From Candidatus Poribacteria bacterium (GTDB lineage Bacteria; Poribacteria; WGA-4E; WGA-3G): DNA of 64,000 nucleotides. Shown piece by piece: positions 29,583 to 40,658 of the stretch. The notes under the pieces are model-generated. The model saw only the letters and a program-made list of their open reading frames with translations, did no database searches and was not told the origin of the DNA. The stretch covers positions 480,001 through 544,000 of the forward strand of contig CAXXLX010000001.1 of the NCBI GenBank assembly GCA_963665235.2, given 5' to 3'. The number at the start of each line of letters is the position of its first letter. The first letter of the stretch is position 1. The position numbers were made by a program, and so were the translations under genes.

Positions 29583-30176
29583 ATGGCATCTATTGCTGCA
29601 CAAACCTACGTTACGCCTGCGGAATACCTCGCTTTTGAACGTAAAGCCCCCTTCAAAAACGAATATCTTGAGGGACAAATCATCGCAATGTCGGGTGCAA
29701 GCCGCGCACATAATCGCATCACAGTGGATATAACAATTCAGCTTGGAAATCAACTGATGGCGCGTGAGTGTGAAGTTTTCGCGGGCGATATGCGCGTACG
29801 ACCGAGCCTAGAAAGCCCCGCATACTTTTACCCAGATGTCGTTGTCGTCTGTGACGAACCGCGTTTTGAGGATAATACCCTTGACACGCTCCTCAACCCA
29901 ATTCTTGTTATAGAAGTGCTTTCACCCTCAACTGCAGCTTATGACCGGGGGGAGAAATTTGAACACTATCAACAGCTGGAATCTTTGCAGGAATACATTC
30001 TCGTCGCCCAGGACCGTGTGCATGTTGAACACTATTTGCGACGAGACACCCAATGGGTTCCAGCAGAATTCCGGGAACTTGACGACGTGCTACCGCTTGT
30101 TTCAATTGAATGCACGCTGCCCTTACGTGCCATCTACAGACGCGTCATACCTACCGCACGAGGTGAAAACGTATGA
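29583..30176 (+). CDS. Uma2 family PD-(D/E)xK putative endonuclease
   Basis: EYLAFE..MSGAS..H, YPDVVVVC, EVLSPST..YDRGEKF..Y. Confidence 0.9.
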   Translation: MASIAAQTYVTPAEYLAFERKAPFKNEYLEGQIIAMSGASRAHNRITVDITIQLGNQLMARECEVFAGDMRVRPSLESPAYFYPDVVVVCDEPRFEDNTLDTLLNPILVIEVLSPSTAAYDRGEKFEHYQQLESLQEYILVAQDRVHVEHYLRRDTQWVPAEFRELDDVLPLVSIECTLPLRAIYRRVIPTARGENV

Positions 30177-31084
30177 AACCAATTCAAAAGGCGATTATTC
30201 CGATTGCTGGATACGGCACACGCCTCTTTCCCGCAACGAAAGCTGTACCGAAAGCCCTTTTCCCAATTATCGCGCCAGACGGTCTCACAAAACCGGTCAT
30301 TCAGTTGATAATTGAGGAGGCACTCGCAGCTGGCGTGGAAGAGGTATGTATAGTTGCCCAACCGCAACAGGTTGAACCGATTACCGACTATTTCTCTGGT
30401 GCCGTGCCAGCCGCGATTCTTGAAAAACCGGAACTGGCGATGATAGTTGACAACTTGACAGAAATAGGCAAGCGGCTGCATTTCGCAATTCAGGCGGAAC
30501 CGAAAGGGTTCGGACATGCCATCTATTGTGCAAAAGATTTTGCCGCAGACGACCCCATCATGATTCTACTCGGGGACCACCTCTATATCTCAGAATCGGA
30601 CATCTCTTGTGCAAAACAGCTGGTAGATGTCTACGCAGCAGTCGGAACATCTGTCACGAGTCTGGATGTTTGTGATGAAAGCGAGCTGGCTCTCAACGGA
30701 ATTGTGCAGGGAACTGCTGCTGCGGACAATCCGGATATTTTCAAGTTAGCACAAATTGCCGAAAAACCGACGGTAGCCTACGCACGCGAACACATGCACG
30801 TCGCAGGCGTATCGGATACACAGGAAACGCCTAGATATCTATGTCACTTCGGCATAGATTTGCTAACCCCACTCCTATTTGACATACTGGATTACAACTA
30901 TCGCAACGAAATTTTGACGCACGGTGAAATTCAGCTGCGGGACGCAATGGCTGAAATGGTAAAGCAGGAGGGCATGTTCGGATACCGCGTCGCTGGCGAA
31001 CGTTATGACACAGGCAACCCACAAGAACTACTGAAAACGGCCTACGCCTTTGGAGGACAAAGCCCCTATATCGGGAAGTGTTGA
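30173..31084 (+). CDS. GalU-like sugar-phosphate nucleotidyltransferase
   Basis: KAIIPIAGYGTRLFPATKAVPKAL, PKGFGHA, LGD, EKP, YDTGNP. Confidence 0.88.
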   Translation: MKPIQKAIIPIAGYGTRLFPATKAVPKALFPIIAPDGLTKPVIQLIIEEALAAGVEEVCIVAQPQQVEPITDYFSGAVPAAILEKPELAMIVDNLTEIGKRLHFAIQAEPKGFGHAIYCAKDFAADDPIMILLGDHLYISESDISCAKQLVDVYAAVGTSVTSLDVCDESELALNGIVQGTAAADNPDIFKLAQIAEKPTVAYAREHMHVAGVSDTQETPRYLCHFGIDLLTPLLFDILDYNYRNEILTHGEIQLRDAMAEMVKQEGMFGYRVAGERYDTGNPQELLKTAYAFGGQSPYIGKC

Positions 31085-31146
31085 CATCTCACTTTGTATG
31101 AACCTGATCCCTATAGTATCCTAACTAAATTTTTCGGAGTTGTCCC

Positions 31147-34100
31147 ATGAACAGCGAGACTATTTTCACCGTCCAGAATAAAAACCTGACCCAGCTTAAC
31201 CAGAACACAGCCGTTGAATTTTTTCAGAAGCTGCTGTGGGCAGAAGCGCGCCGACTCGGTATAGAAATTAGCAAGATTAACGTTTCTCGTTGGGTTAATG
31301 TCCCGGATGGCGGCGTTGATGCGACCGTTGAGGATGTTCAAATTGCAACAGGGCTCGGAATCATTAAGCAAGGGAAAACCAGTTATCAAATTAAATCCGG
31401 TCCATCGTTTAAACCGTGGCAGAAATCGGTCATTAAAAAAGAACTCTTCGGAACAAAAACACCTGAGTTGCAGAACTTAGGAGAAAGTATTCGCGCCTGT
31501 CTTGATGCGGATGGGACTTACGTTTTGGTTTGCACCGGGATAGACTTAGTTGATTCTCTACGTAGAGATGCGCTCAAACATATTGAGGATTTTCTAAAGG
31601 GGTGCGGTTATTCAAATCCCAAGGTTGAGGCGTGGAGTCAGAACACTTTAATCGGTTTTCTTGAAACGTTTCCATCCTTGGCGTTATGGGTGAATGAACG
31701 CGATAAATCAGATTTTCAAACACATCAGAGTTGGGCAGAAAATGATACTATGAAAGCCGCTTATGTTTCAGGGGAACCACAAGACGACTTAATTGCAGAA
31801 ATCCGGGACGAATTACGTCAAAATTATGACACTGTTCACGTGCGTGTGTTAGGTGAACCTGGAATCGGCAAAACAAGGCTCGCTTTGGAAGTCACAAGTC
31901 CAAACGATTTAGCACCGCTTGTTATTTATTGCACAGCTGCTCAGTTTCGGGGCAGCGAATTGATGCGTGAAATCCTCCGAGACGACAGTCAATTCTCCGC
32001 CATCGTCGTAATCGATGAATGTGACCCATCTAGCAGCTCGGATTTCTGGGATAAACTGAGCCATCGTGGGGCGCGAATTAAGTTGATTAGTATCTATAAT
32101 GAGCATGAGGTTAGGGGCGGAGGCATTAGCTACCATGACACGCCATCGCTGAATGACGAGCAGATTCGCAGCATCATTCAGAAACATATAACTATTTCTA
32201 ATGCTGAAGCCGACGGGTGGGGTAAGCTCTGTAGTGGTTCGCCAAGGGTTGCACACGTCATCGGTGAGAACTTGGTAAAGCATCCCGAGGATTTACTTAA
32301 ACCCCCTGGCACAGTTGAAATATGGGAACGTTATGTCGCTGCAGGTGATGACCGTGAGAAGACTGAGCGACAGCGGTTGGTGCTTCAACACCTCGCGCTT
32401 TTTAAGCAGTTTGGCTATGAGCGCTCTGTTGCCAAAGAGGCAGAAGCCATCGCCAAAAAGGTTGAGAAGGCTGACCGGAACATCACATCACACGAATTTG
32501 AAAATATCATCTATGAACTCCGAGAACGTAGGATACTGCAAGGCGAGTCTACACTCTATATCACGCCAAAGGCACTCCAGATTTGGTTATGGACGCAATG
32601 GTGGGAAAGACATCACAGATTATTTAAGCTTGAGGATTTCACCGAAGGACTCCCCCCGAAATTGGTTGAACGGTTTTATGAGATGTTTGTCTACGCTGCC
32701 GAATCGGGTGCGGCATCAAGAACTGTTGAGTACCTTCTCGGACCAAACGGTCCTTTTCGGGATGACGAATATCTGAAGACAAGGTTGGGTAGCCGTTTTT
32801 TTCTAGCATTGGCTGAAGCGGAGCCCAAAGCAGCCTTAAAGTGCTTGACGCGTACGATAGGAACCTGGGATACGGATACCCTTCTTCAATTCACAGATGG
32901 CCGAAGGGACGTAGTATGGGCACTTGGAAAGATTGCTATGAAGCGAGAGCTGTTTGTTGATGCCACGCGGTTACTCCTCGCCCTCGGTGAAGCAGAGAAT
33001 GAAGGTCGGTCAAACAACGCCAGCGGTATATTTGCTGGACTCTTTTCGCCCGGACGCGGCAGAGGCATACCGACCGAAGCATCTCCAGCAGAACGTTTGC
33101 CTGTCTTGAAAGAGGCGTTTGAATCAGGGTCGACAGAACGACGGCTGCTTGCATTGAAAGCCTGCAATGAAGGTTTGGAGCCCGACCATTTCTCATCGAT
33201 GTCTGGGACAGAATATCGGGAATTACGTAACGACATCGACTTTTGGGAGCCCAAAACTTACGGTGAACTTTCTGAGGCTTACCGTCAGGTATGGCATCTC
33301 CTGGCTGAACAATTAGAACGTTTGCCGATAGAAGAACGTGAAGAAGCTATAGGGATTCTCCTAAAACGTGCCCCGCGACTCGCAAGAAACCCGAACCTAA
33401 GTGATACGGTTGTTGACACAATGCAAACAATCGTCGAAAAAGCCTATGTTGATAACAGACTCCTTATTAAAATTGTTGTCGAGTTCCTTCATGATGAAGG
33501 CAACGATTTACCCGATGACCTAAAACAACGTTGGGAACACCTCAAGGATGAATTAATTGGTTCTGATTTCCATTCCATGATGCGCCGGTATGTGGCGATG
33601 AATTTACGTGTAGATACTTTCGACGATAATGAAAATTACCTCGAGGAAGGACATCCAAAAATTCGGACACTCGCCCAACAAGCTGTTGAGAATGCATCTC
33701 TTTTGGAATCGGAACTGCCCTGGCTTGTCACAACAGATGCAAAAAACGGGGACAGCTTCGGATACCAACTCGCGAAAAAAGACAATGGATTTGTCCTTCT
33801 ACCAATGCTTATTGAGGCACAAAGAAACGCGGGGGAAAATGCAAGCGCATTCTTTCTAGGTGGATATTTTCGCACACTCTTTGAAAGCAACGTATCGGAA
33901 TGGGAAGAGCAGCTTGACGCACTGGTTGAGGATACAAGACTAAATGTGTTAGTTGCAGAACTCACGTATCTCTCAGGAATGACAGATCGAGCGGGTTTAC
34001 GACTACTCAAACTTGCCAAAACCGAGGTCATGGATATCAAATACTTTGCATTTTTCTTCGGCAAGCGTACGACAGACAACCTATCCGAGAAAGTCTTCAC

Positions 34101-34944
34101 TGAATGGATTGCATTTTTGCTGGATTGCTCGGACAATTTGGCGGTGTCTATCGCGCTTAAACTGTACCATTTTTACTATATCCATGATAAACAGGAACCA
34201 ACGCCTCCGCGCGACCTAACGTTCCAGCTCCTCACTCGTCCAGCCTGGTTTGAAAACTCAATCCCAAATCAGATGAACCCCATGACAAGTCACTATTGGA
34301 CAGAAATTGCAAATGTCTTCCTAAACCTCTATCCGGAAAAGGATTTAGAGTTCATTGAACAAGTAATCCCCAATTTTGGGAAAAAGGGCACCATTTTTGG
34401 AACATTTACTAATACCGACGCGTCCTCTGTGCTGACTGAGTTGACAAAACGGCATCCAGAGCAAGTTTGGAAACACGTTAGCAAACGCTTAGAGGAATAT
34501 GACCGTTTCTTAGAAAAGTGGCTTAAAGAGGGTAATTCCAGAGATTCTTTTTCAACCCCGGAAGAAACGGGAGCGTTAGCCTTAATTCCACGTGAAAAAA
34601 TTTGGGAGTGGATTGATAACAATGTAGAGGAGCAGGCATGGTATTTCGCCTACAAACTCGTTCCCAAAACCCTTTCAGCAGAAGAATGGCAGGATTCTCT
34701 GACACGTGCCTTCCTTGTTCGTTACGGGGGCCGAGAAGATGTCCGAGAAAACCTAAGCGCAAATTACGGAACAGAGATATGGAGAGGGCTCCGTAGTCTA
34801 CACTTTGAAGCGAAAAGAGACAAGCTGCTTCGTATAAACGAAGGTGAAGACAACGCGAACGTCAAACGATGGCTTGAGGAGTATATACATCAGCTGGAAG
34901 GGAATATTAAACATGAAAGAATTGAGGAGGAAAGAGAATTCTAA
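31147..34944 (+). CDS. Restriction-endonuclease-like domain + STAND-like P-loop NTPase + helical sensor region (Avs/AVAST-like)
   Basis: PDGGVD..YQIKS, Walker A GEPGIGKT, Walker B VVIDEC, GSPR. Confidence 0.75.
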   Translation: MNSETIFTVQNKNLTQLNQNTAVEFFQKLLWAEARRLGIEISKINVSRWVNVPDGGVDATVEDVQIATGLGIIKQGKTSYQIKSGPSFKPWQKSVIKKELFGTKTPELQNLGESIRACLDADGTYVLVCTGIDLVDSLRRDALKHIEDFLKGCGYSNPKVEAWSQNTLIGFLETFPSLALWVNERDKSDFQTHQSWAENDTMKAAYVSGEPQDDLIAEIRDELRQNYDTVHVRVLGEPGIGKTRLALEVTSPNDLAPLVIYCTAAQFRGSELMREILRDDSQFSAIVVIDECDPSSSSDFWDKLSHRGARIKLISIYNEHEVRGGGISYHDTPSLNDEQIRSIIQKHITISNAEADGWGKLCSGSPRVAHVIGENLVKHPEDLLKPPGTVEIWERYVAAGDDREKTERQRLVLQHLALFKQFGYERSVAKEAEAIAKKVEKADRNITSHEFENIIYELRERRILQGESTLYITPKALQIWLWTQWWERHHRLFKLEDFTEGLPPKLVERFYEMFVYAAESGAASRTVEYLLGPNGPFRDDEYLKTRLGSRFFLALAEAEPKAALKCLTRTIGTWDTDTLLQFTDGRRDVVWALGKIAMKRELFVDATRLLLALGEAENEGRSNNASGIFAGLFSPGRGRGIPTEASPAERLPVLKEAFESGSTERRLLALKACNEGLEPDHFSSMSGTEYRELRNDIDFWEPKTYGELSEAYRQVWHLLAEQLERLPIEEREEAIGILLKRAPRLARNPNLSDTVVDTMQTIVEKAYVDNRLLIKIVVEFLHDEGNDLPDDLKQRWEHLKDELIGSDFHSMMRRYVAMNLRVDTFDDNENYLEEGHPKIRTLAQQAVENASLLESELPWLVTTDAKNGDSFGYQLAKKDNGFVLLPMLIEAQRNAGENASAFFLGGYFRTLFESNVSEWEEQLDALVEDTRLNVLVAELTYLSGMTDRAGLRLLKLAKTEVMDIKYFAFFFGKRTTDNLSEKVFTEWIAFLLDCSDNLAVSIALKLYHFYYIHDKQEPTPPRDLTFQLLTRPAWFENSIPNQMNPMTSHYWTEIANVFLNLYPEKDLEFIEQVIPNFGKKGTIFGTFTNTDASSVLTELTKRHPEQVWKHVSKRLEEYDRFLEKWLKEGNSRDSFSTPEETGALALIPREKIWEWIDNNVEEQAWYFAYKLVPKTLSAEEWQDSLTRAFLVRYGGREDVRENLSANYGTEIWRGLRSLHFEAKRDKLLRINEGEDNANVKRWLEEYIHQLEGNIKHERIEEEREF

Positions 34945-35011
34945 GAACTGTTCACCTCACCCGACTATTTCGTACAGCACAAACTAACAGTTTGCACTAC
35001 AAAAAATTACC

Positions 35012-35722
35012 TTAGTCTAAGGTTTCCCCAACCGCTAACGAAATAATTTCCACATCCTGGGATGCTGTCAATTTTCGGAGTTCTTCCGGGGTGCCTGTTA
35101 AGAGTGGAAAAGTGCCGTAATGGATAGGCAAAATCGCCGGCACATTGAGCAATTCTGCTGCGTAAGCCGCCTCACGCGGGCCCATCGTGAAATGGTCACC
35201 GATAGGCAGAAGTGCCAAATCGGGTTGGTAAATCTCACCTATAATTCGCATATCCCCGAAGACGTTGGTATCCCCAGCATGATAGATTTTATACCCGTTC
35301 GCAAACTCAAGCACGTAACCAGCGGGTTCCCCCAAATAGACGATTGTTCCATCTTCCGTTGTGAAGCTACTGCTATGATTTGCTGAAACCATCGTCGCTT
35401 TTACCCCCGCAACCGTTACGGTGCCCCCCTTGTTCATACCTATCGTGTTTTCCACCCCCTGACTGCCAAGCCATCGTGCTATCTCTACGATAGACACAAC
35501 CGTTGGCGTGTGTTTTTTGGCGAGCGAGACTGCATCACCAATATGGTCAGCGTGCCCGTGCGTTATGAGTATCACATCGAGCGTGTCGAAGGTTTTGAGG
35601 GTGTCCGGACAGACAGGATTACTTGCAACCCAGGGCTCCATGAGGAGGGTTTTTCCATCCACCTCAATTTTGACGGTGGCATGTCCCAGCCATGTGAGTT
35701 GAATACCGTTGTTAAGTTTCAT
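35012..35722 (-). CDS. Metallo-beta-lactamase-fold hydrolase (UPF0173-like)
   Basis: WLGHA, THGHADH, YHAGDT, PIHYGTFP. Confidence 0.92.
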   Translation of the reverse strand: MKLNNGIQLTWLGHATVKIEVDGKTLLMEPWVASNPVCPDTLKTFDTLDVILITHGHADHIGDAVSLAKKHTPTVVSIVEIARWLGSQGVENTIGMNKGGTVTVAGVKATMVSANHSSSFTTEDGTIVYLGEPAGYVLEFANGYKIYHAGDTNVFGDMRIIGEIYQPDLALLPIGDHFTMGPREAAYAAELLNVPAILPIHYGTFPLLTGTPEELRKLTASQDVEIISLAVGETLD

Positions 35723-36840
35723 GATGTTTTCTCTAAAATCTCCTTTAATCTTTGTGCGATAATTTCCACTTCACCCGGCATCAAGGTTTGTCCGTTGATA
35801 AGTACGCCGTTTGTGCCTGCACCTGCAATATCTATAGAAGGTTCACCTTCAGCAAGTTGTTGGAGAATTTCGTCGCGTGTGATACCTATCTGTTCAGCGT
35901 CAAATCGGATTTCCGTTCGGGGCATAGGTTGTCCCGCCTCAGATGGGAAGCTTCGATGCACTGAAACTCCTCTGATGTCCTTAAACATCGACGTATAGTA
36001 GGTAACCTGAGCCTCGTAGGATTGCATCAATTGTGTGTGGTCTTGATTCAGGTACCATTCCACGGCAGCCAGCAAGCCGACCATCTCCTCTTTACCGACC
36101 TTCATGCCCCTACCGATGAAGGGATGCGGGGGACCGTTGAATGCAATCGCCTCAATCAGCGATTTTTTACCGACGATGAGTCCACTACTTTGCGGACCGC
36201 ACAACCCTTTTCCGCCGCTAAACAGAGCCAAATCTGCCCCGAGCTGTGTGAATCGCCACAAGTTTTCTGGCGGGGGCAGCTGTGCCGCGGCATCAACGAT
36301 AAGGGGGACACCGTGCCTTTTGGCAATTTCAATAGCCTTTTCGTACGGTACCCAGAGATGTGCTCTACTGGGGTTCGCGAAGTAAAAGATTGCCGCGGTC
36401 TTCTCCGTGATAGCACTTTCAAGGTCCTCAGGCGTTGTGCCGTTTTCATCTCCTATCTCCACGAGTGTGACACCGACCTGTCGCACGGCAAAATCGTATC
36501 CGACTCTACCGTGGCGATGCACAATGACCTCACTTTTCATAGAGTCGTCAAGATGGGGCAATTTCCCACGTTTGGCAGCATCTAATCCCGTGATACAAGC
36601 GGCAGTGCTGAGCGTCAACGCTGCTGCAGCACCGCAGGAAACATACGCTGCTTCGTTATGAGTGAGTCTCGCTATCTCTTCACCGACCCGCTTTTGGAGT
36701 TCAACAATATCCACAAAATGCTTTGAGGCCTCCGCCATCGCGGAGACGACTTCAGGCGGCATGATGGAGCCGCCGAGACGTGTCAACGTTGCGTTCCCGT
36801 TGATAACAGTGCGAATGCCTAAGCGTTTGTAGATTGACAT
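35719..36840 (-). CDS. SelA-like PLP-dependent enzyme
   Basis: VINGNATLTRLGGS, VDAAA, FSGGKGLCGPQSSG, GRGMKVGKE. Confidence 0.85.
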   Translation of the reverse strand: MSIYKRLGIRTVINGNATLTRLGGSIMPPEVVSAMAEASKHFVDIVELQKRVGEEIARLTHNEAAYVSCGAAAALTLSTAACITGLDAAKRGKLPHLDDSMKSEVIVHRHGRVGYDFAVRQVGVTLVEIGDENGTTPEDLESAITEKTAAIFYFANPSRAHLWVPYEKAIEIAKRHGVPLIVDAAAQLPPPENLWRFTQLGADLALFSGGKGLCGPQSSGLIVGKKSLIEAIAFNGPPHPFIGRGMKVGKEEMVGLLAAVEWYLNQDHTQLMQSYEAQVTYYTSMFKDIRGVSVHRSFPSEAGQPMPRTEIRFDAEQIGITRDEILQQLAEGEPSIDIAGAGTNGVLINGQTLMPGEVEIIAQRLKEILEKTS

Positions 36841-36848
36841 GTAGCGGT

Positions 36849-37654
36849 TTATCCGACCTCTTGGCCGTCCAATTTGCCGACGTGTAGGTCAATTTCATCG
36901 CGTGACTCAATTTTCTCAACCTTACCATCCGCCATGTGGAAAATCCGATCGGATACATCGAGCATCTTATGGTCGTGTGTTGCGGTGATAATAGTTACGC
37001 CGTTTTCGTCATTGAGTCGGCGGAGCAGTGCGATGATTTCAAGTCCGGTTTTGGTATCCAGGTTACCCGTAGGTTCATCCGCGAGGACAATCGCCGGGTC
37101 GTTAGCGAGCGAACGCGCAATTGCAACACGCTGCTGCTGCCCCCCGACAGTTCTAACGGTTTATGTTGCACACGGTCCCCCAATCCGACGAGCGAAAGCA
37201 GGTCAACCCCCTTGTCTCTACTTTCGTCAGCACTCATGCCAGCGAAAATCATCGGAAGAGAGACGTTTTCAAGAGCCGTCATGACAGGAATAAGGTTAAA
37301 CGATTGAAAGATATAACCGATTTTCCGACAGCGGAGCCACGCCAGCTCATAAGCGTCAAGTTGGGCGATGTCCACCTCGTCAATATAGACCCTGCCTTCG
37401 GTAGGTTTATCCAATCCGCCAATCATGTTAAAGAGCGTTGACTTCCCGGAACCGGAGGGTCCCATAATAGAGATGTATTCCCCGCGCTGGATTTGGAAGT
37501 TGACACCGCGGAGGGCATCCACAGTTTGCGTCCCCATTTCGTACCGTTTGATAAGGTTTCGGACGCGAACGGTATTCTCCTTCGGCAGGAGACGTTGAAA
37601 TCTTTCAGGTGTTTCAGTGAGTGTCCGTTGTCCACCGCCTATTTCTGTTTGCAT
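36849..37654 (-). CDS. LolD/MacB-type ABC ATPase, frameshifted in a G homopolymer near 37141
   Basis: GPSGSGKST; LSGG then QQQRVAIARSLANDPAIVLADEPTGNLD in the shifted frame. Confidence 0.88.
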
Positions 37655-37715
37655 ATCTATTTTTTCTCCTTTTGTGAGGCATGCAACGGGGAGACCATTT
37701 CGTTTTCGGTTTGCT

Positions 37716-40048
37716 TCAGGAATTAGCACGGTTTCCGGTATTTTGCTTAGCCTCTCGCAGCTGCTCGTATTTCTTCAAGAATTCGGTATGTGCATCCCGG
37801 ACCATGCGGAGTAAATCCGTATATCGCCTGATGTAGATTTGCGACTTCTCCAAATTTTTACGCTTTCCTCTTACGTAAGACGTATCAACCAAATCTCCGC
37901 AAAGGAGATACCCCGTAACCTCCTCAATTTTGTAGTTCGGGTCTGATGTTCGTTGAATATAGTCTCGCATAAAGATAACATAGTCCTCAATTTGGTGGAG
38001 TTCTTCCCGAGAAGCTCTCGATTTGGCCGTTTTATTTCCACAACGACTAGATGTGTGCTTGCTCGTACACAGAGGAAATCGATCCGTTTGTTTTCCGCTG
38101 GTACAGTGCTATCTTCCGGAAATTTATCGCGAAGTAATTGACTATAGGTGACTTCGTCAGCCACCAATGTCCAACGTGGGTCGATGACCCAAGGAAATTC
38201 TTTCAAGAAATTGTGGAGCGTTGGTACTTCCAGGGCGTTGTTTTCAATCAATTCCTGAAGTTTTTCTATGGTAGTTATCCGTCCTTTGGTAACGCGTGCC
38301 ATTTCTTTCGCTTCAACGATTTCCCATTCCCGGAATAAATTGAGAAGCGCATCGATATCTTCAAACGCCGTTTCAGTTAATTCTTCAGCGATTTCCCAAA
38401 AGGCATCGAACTCCAGAAAATCCAGACAGTTTTGGATAAGCGGCTCAAGCTCTTTGGTGTCAGCAATTGGATTTTTCGTAATTGCTTGACGGATGAGTTG
38501 GTCCGCTAGTTTCAATGCGCGCTTATTGCCTGTTGCTTCCGCTTGCTCCTTGAATTTAACATATTGTTCGTTTTCTTCCAACTGCTTTTCTTTATCCTGC
38601 CGGCGCTTTTTAGCCCACAAACTTGCGATTTTATTGACCTTTTTTGCTCCCCACTCTTTGAGAGCAGTATTAGCTTCTGTCTCCCAGACCAATGAGTTGC
38701 GCGTTGTGCTAATCGTATCCTCTCCTTCGTCAACAAATTCGGTATGGAGTTCACCAATAAGGTAAGAGAGCGCGTACTGCTGACCGACAACTGCGTCGAA
38801 AACAAACGGTTCTTGCACAAGTTTACCTCTCGCCATAAGGACAATGCCACGGTTTATTCCATCAATCTTTGATGTTGTTCGCTCTAGGGCTCCAATCCAA
38901 CCCGACACTGTCCAACCTGTTTCTTCCTCTATCTCCACATTATCGTACTCCCACAGGTACGGCTCACCGTTCATATCTTTTGCAAGTAGACGTTTCAAAT
39001 CCCGCTCCTCAACCGAGATTGGGGTACCGTTAATTATCACCTCAAAGTTGTGTTTTTCCCCAATGACAGCGAAACGTCTGGCGAGTCCTCTACGGATTGT
39101 GTCAATTGGAATACGGCGATTTTTGAATTTTGTGAAATATCTGAGTGTAATCTTTGTACCGATAGAGAACACTTTCAGTGGCAGGCAATCGCGGTAATTC
39201 AATAAATCGTTCATCTGCTTTTTCCAAGAGTTCGTCGTAATTCATTCGGAAATGGCTAACCTCTACAACATTTCCTTAGCGATACCAGCGGAAAATTTGC
39301 CAATACCTTTCCTACCCATGATTGGACGCTCGTGAGGCGGCGGTGTTTTGTCAACCTGCTCTTTTTCGCGCCGATCGCGACCGATAATCAAATATTTTTC
39401 TCGCACATCCCTATCTGACATACCGACACCATTATCACTAATGATGATTTCTGAAGTTTGTTGGTTAATTTGCCCCTCTGGGATTGTAATCTTAACTACA
39501 GTCGCATTTGAAAATTTGCCAATACCTTTCCTACCCATAGGAATTTTACGTTCGTGAGGTGGCTGTGTTTTGTCAACCTGCTCTTCCTCCCGCCGATCGC
39601 GACCGATAATCAAATATTTCCGCAATGAAATACCCCTATCTTGTGCTGGATGCACAAAGCGTCCAGAGTAAACATCCGCGCATGACATGCCGATACCATT
39701 ATCACTAATGATGATTTCTGAAGTTTGCTGATTAATTTGCTCCTCTGGGATTGTAATCTCAACTACAGTCGCATTTGCATCCCAAGCGTTTGCAACCAAT
39801 GTTTGGCATCAAGCAAATTCGCGTCAGCCCAAAAACCGTGCTGCTTTAGCATAGAGCAATTCTTCGTAAATTTCTTTTCCACAAGCGTTAATTCTCAACG
39901 AGAATAAAATCCGGAGGGCATTCTTCTACAATTCGCGCAAAGGCTAATAAAAGTACTTTCCGTACATCTGCAAACCGAGGTGTTTAATGGTCCCAATGTC
40001 AAACTTCATCTCGTAGGGGTTTTTCTTAGGAATTTCGGCTTGATGCAT
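37716..40048 (-). pseudogene. Fragmented GHKL (MORC/Hsp90-like) ATPase fused to a PD-(D/E)xK nuclease-like domain
   Basis: IKHLGLQMY, VANAWDANA, DNGIGM, GRKGIGK (duplicated), RIDFLC..VVEIKRP; multiple frameshifts. Confidence 0.75.
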
Positions 40049-40109
40049 AAAGTACCTCTTCAGAGTGTTCTATCAAATACAGCGGAGTCAACCAATTTTC
40101 ACGTGCCGC

Positions 40110-40574
40110 CTACTTTTTCTGTAGGAATCCAAAAAAGCCTCGCTTTTCGGGGACAGGTGTTGTTGCAGTATTCGGTTTCGCGTCTGTCGGTATAGCAAAT
40201 CCGATGAAATTCCGTTTACCGAGCTGTTGTATGAACGTAAAAAGCGACGTTTCCGCCTCCTTTCGGGTCAGTTGATGTTTCTTCTGGAGTGCCTTGATAA
40301 TCTGTGAAATGGTATGCTCCCCATCACACATCTGCCACACATACGCACCTATGCTATCTAGCACGACAACCCGTTTATCGGGAAGCATAAAGAGTTTACT
40401 TGTAAGCCGTATCCAGAATTTGTCTTTCTGCGGAATGACAAGTGAGGCTTCCCCTTTGTCGTCCATTTCCCACGTTATCAGCTGATTCCGTAACGGAAAG
40501 GCTTTGAGGATTTTACCTCTATCTACATCGGGACGTTTTTTGAGTTTAAGTGAATATAGAATTTTGTTGAGCAT
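40110..40574 (-). CDS. PqqD/RRE-domain protein
   Basis: LDSIGAYVWQMCDGEHTISQII..EAETSLFTFIQQL winged-helix signature. Confidence 0.85.
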   Translation of the reverse strand: MLNKILYSLKLKKRPDVDRGKILKAFPLRNQLITWEMDDKGEASLVIPQKDKFWIRLTSKLFMLPDKRVVVLDSIGAYVWQMCDGEHTISQIIKALQKKHQLTRKEAETSLFTFIQQLGKRNFIGFAIPTDAKPNTATTPVPEKRGFFGFLQKK

Positions 40575-40658
40575 GTGTTGTTTTTTTGCCTATTGTTCCA
40601 GTTACGTTCACCGCTAGCGAGGCGGAACTATATGGTGGGTAGGACGAAAACCGCTGCA

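Noticed and set aside
35719-36840. True selA
   Set aside because: Short SelA-like family length, and no selB/selC/selD or tRNA-Sec in the window.
37135-37150. Programmed frameshift or phase variation in the ABC ATPase
   Set aside because: A single missing G in a G6 run within the LSGGQ signature is most simply a homopolymer sequencing error.
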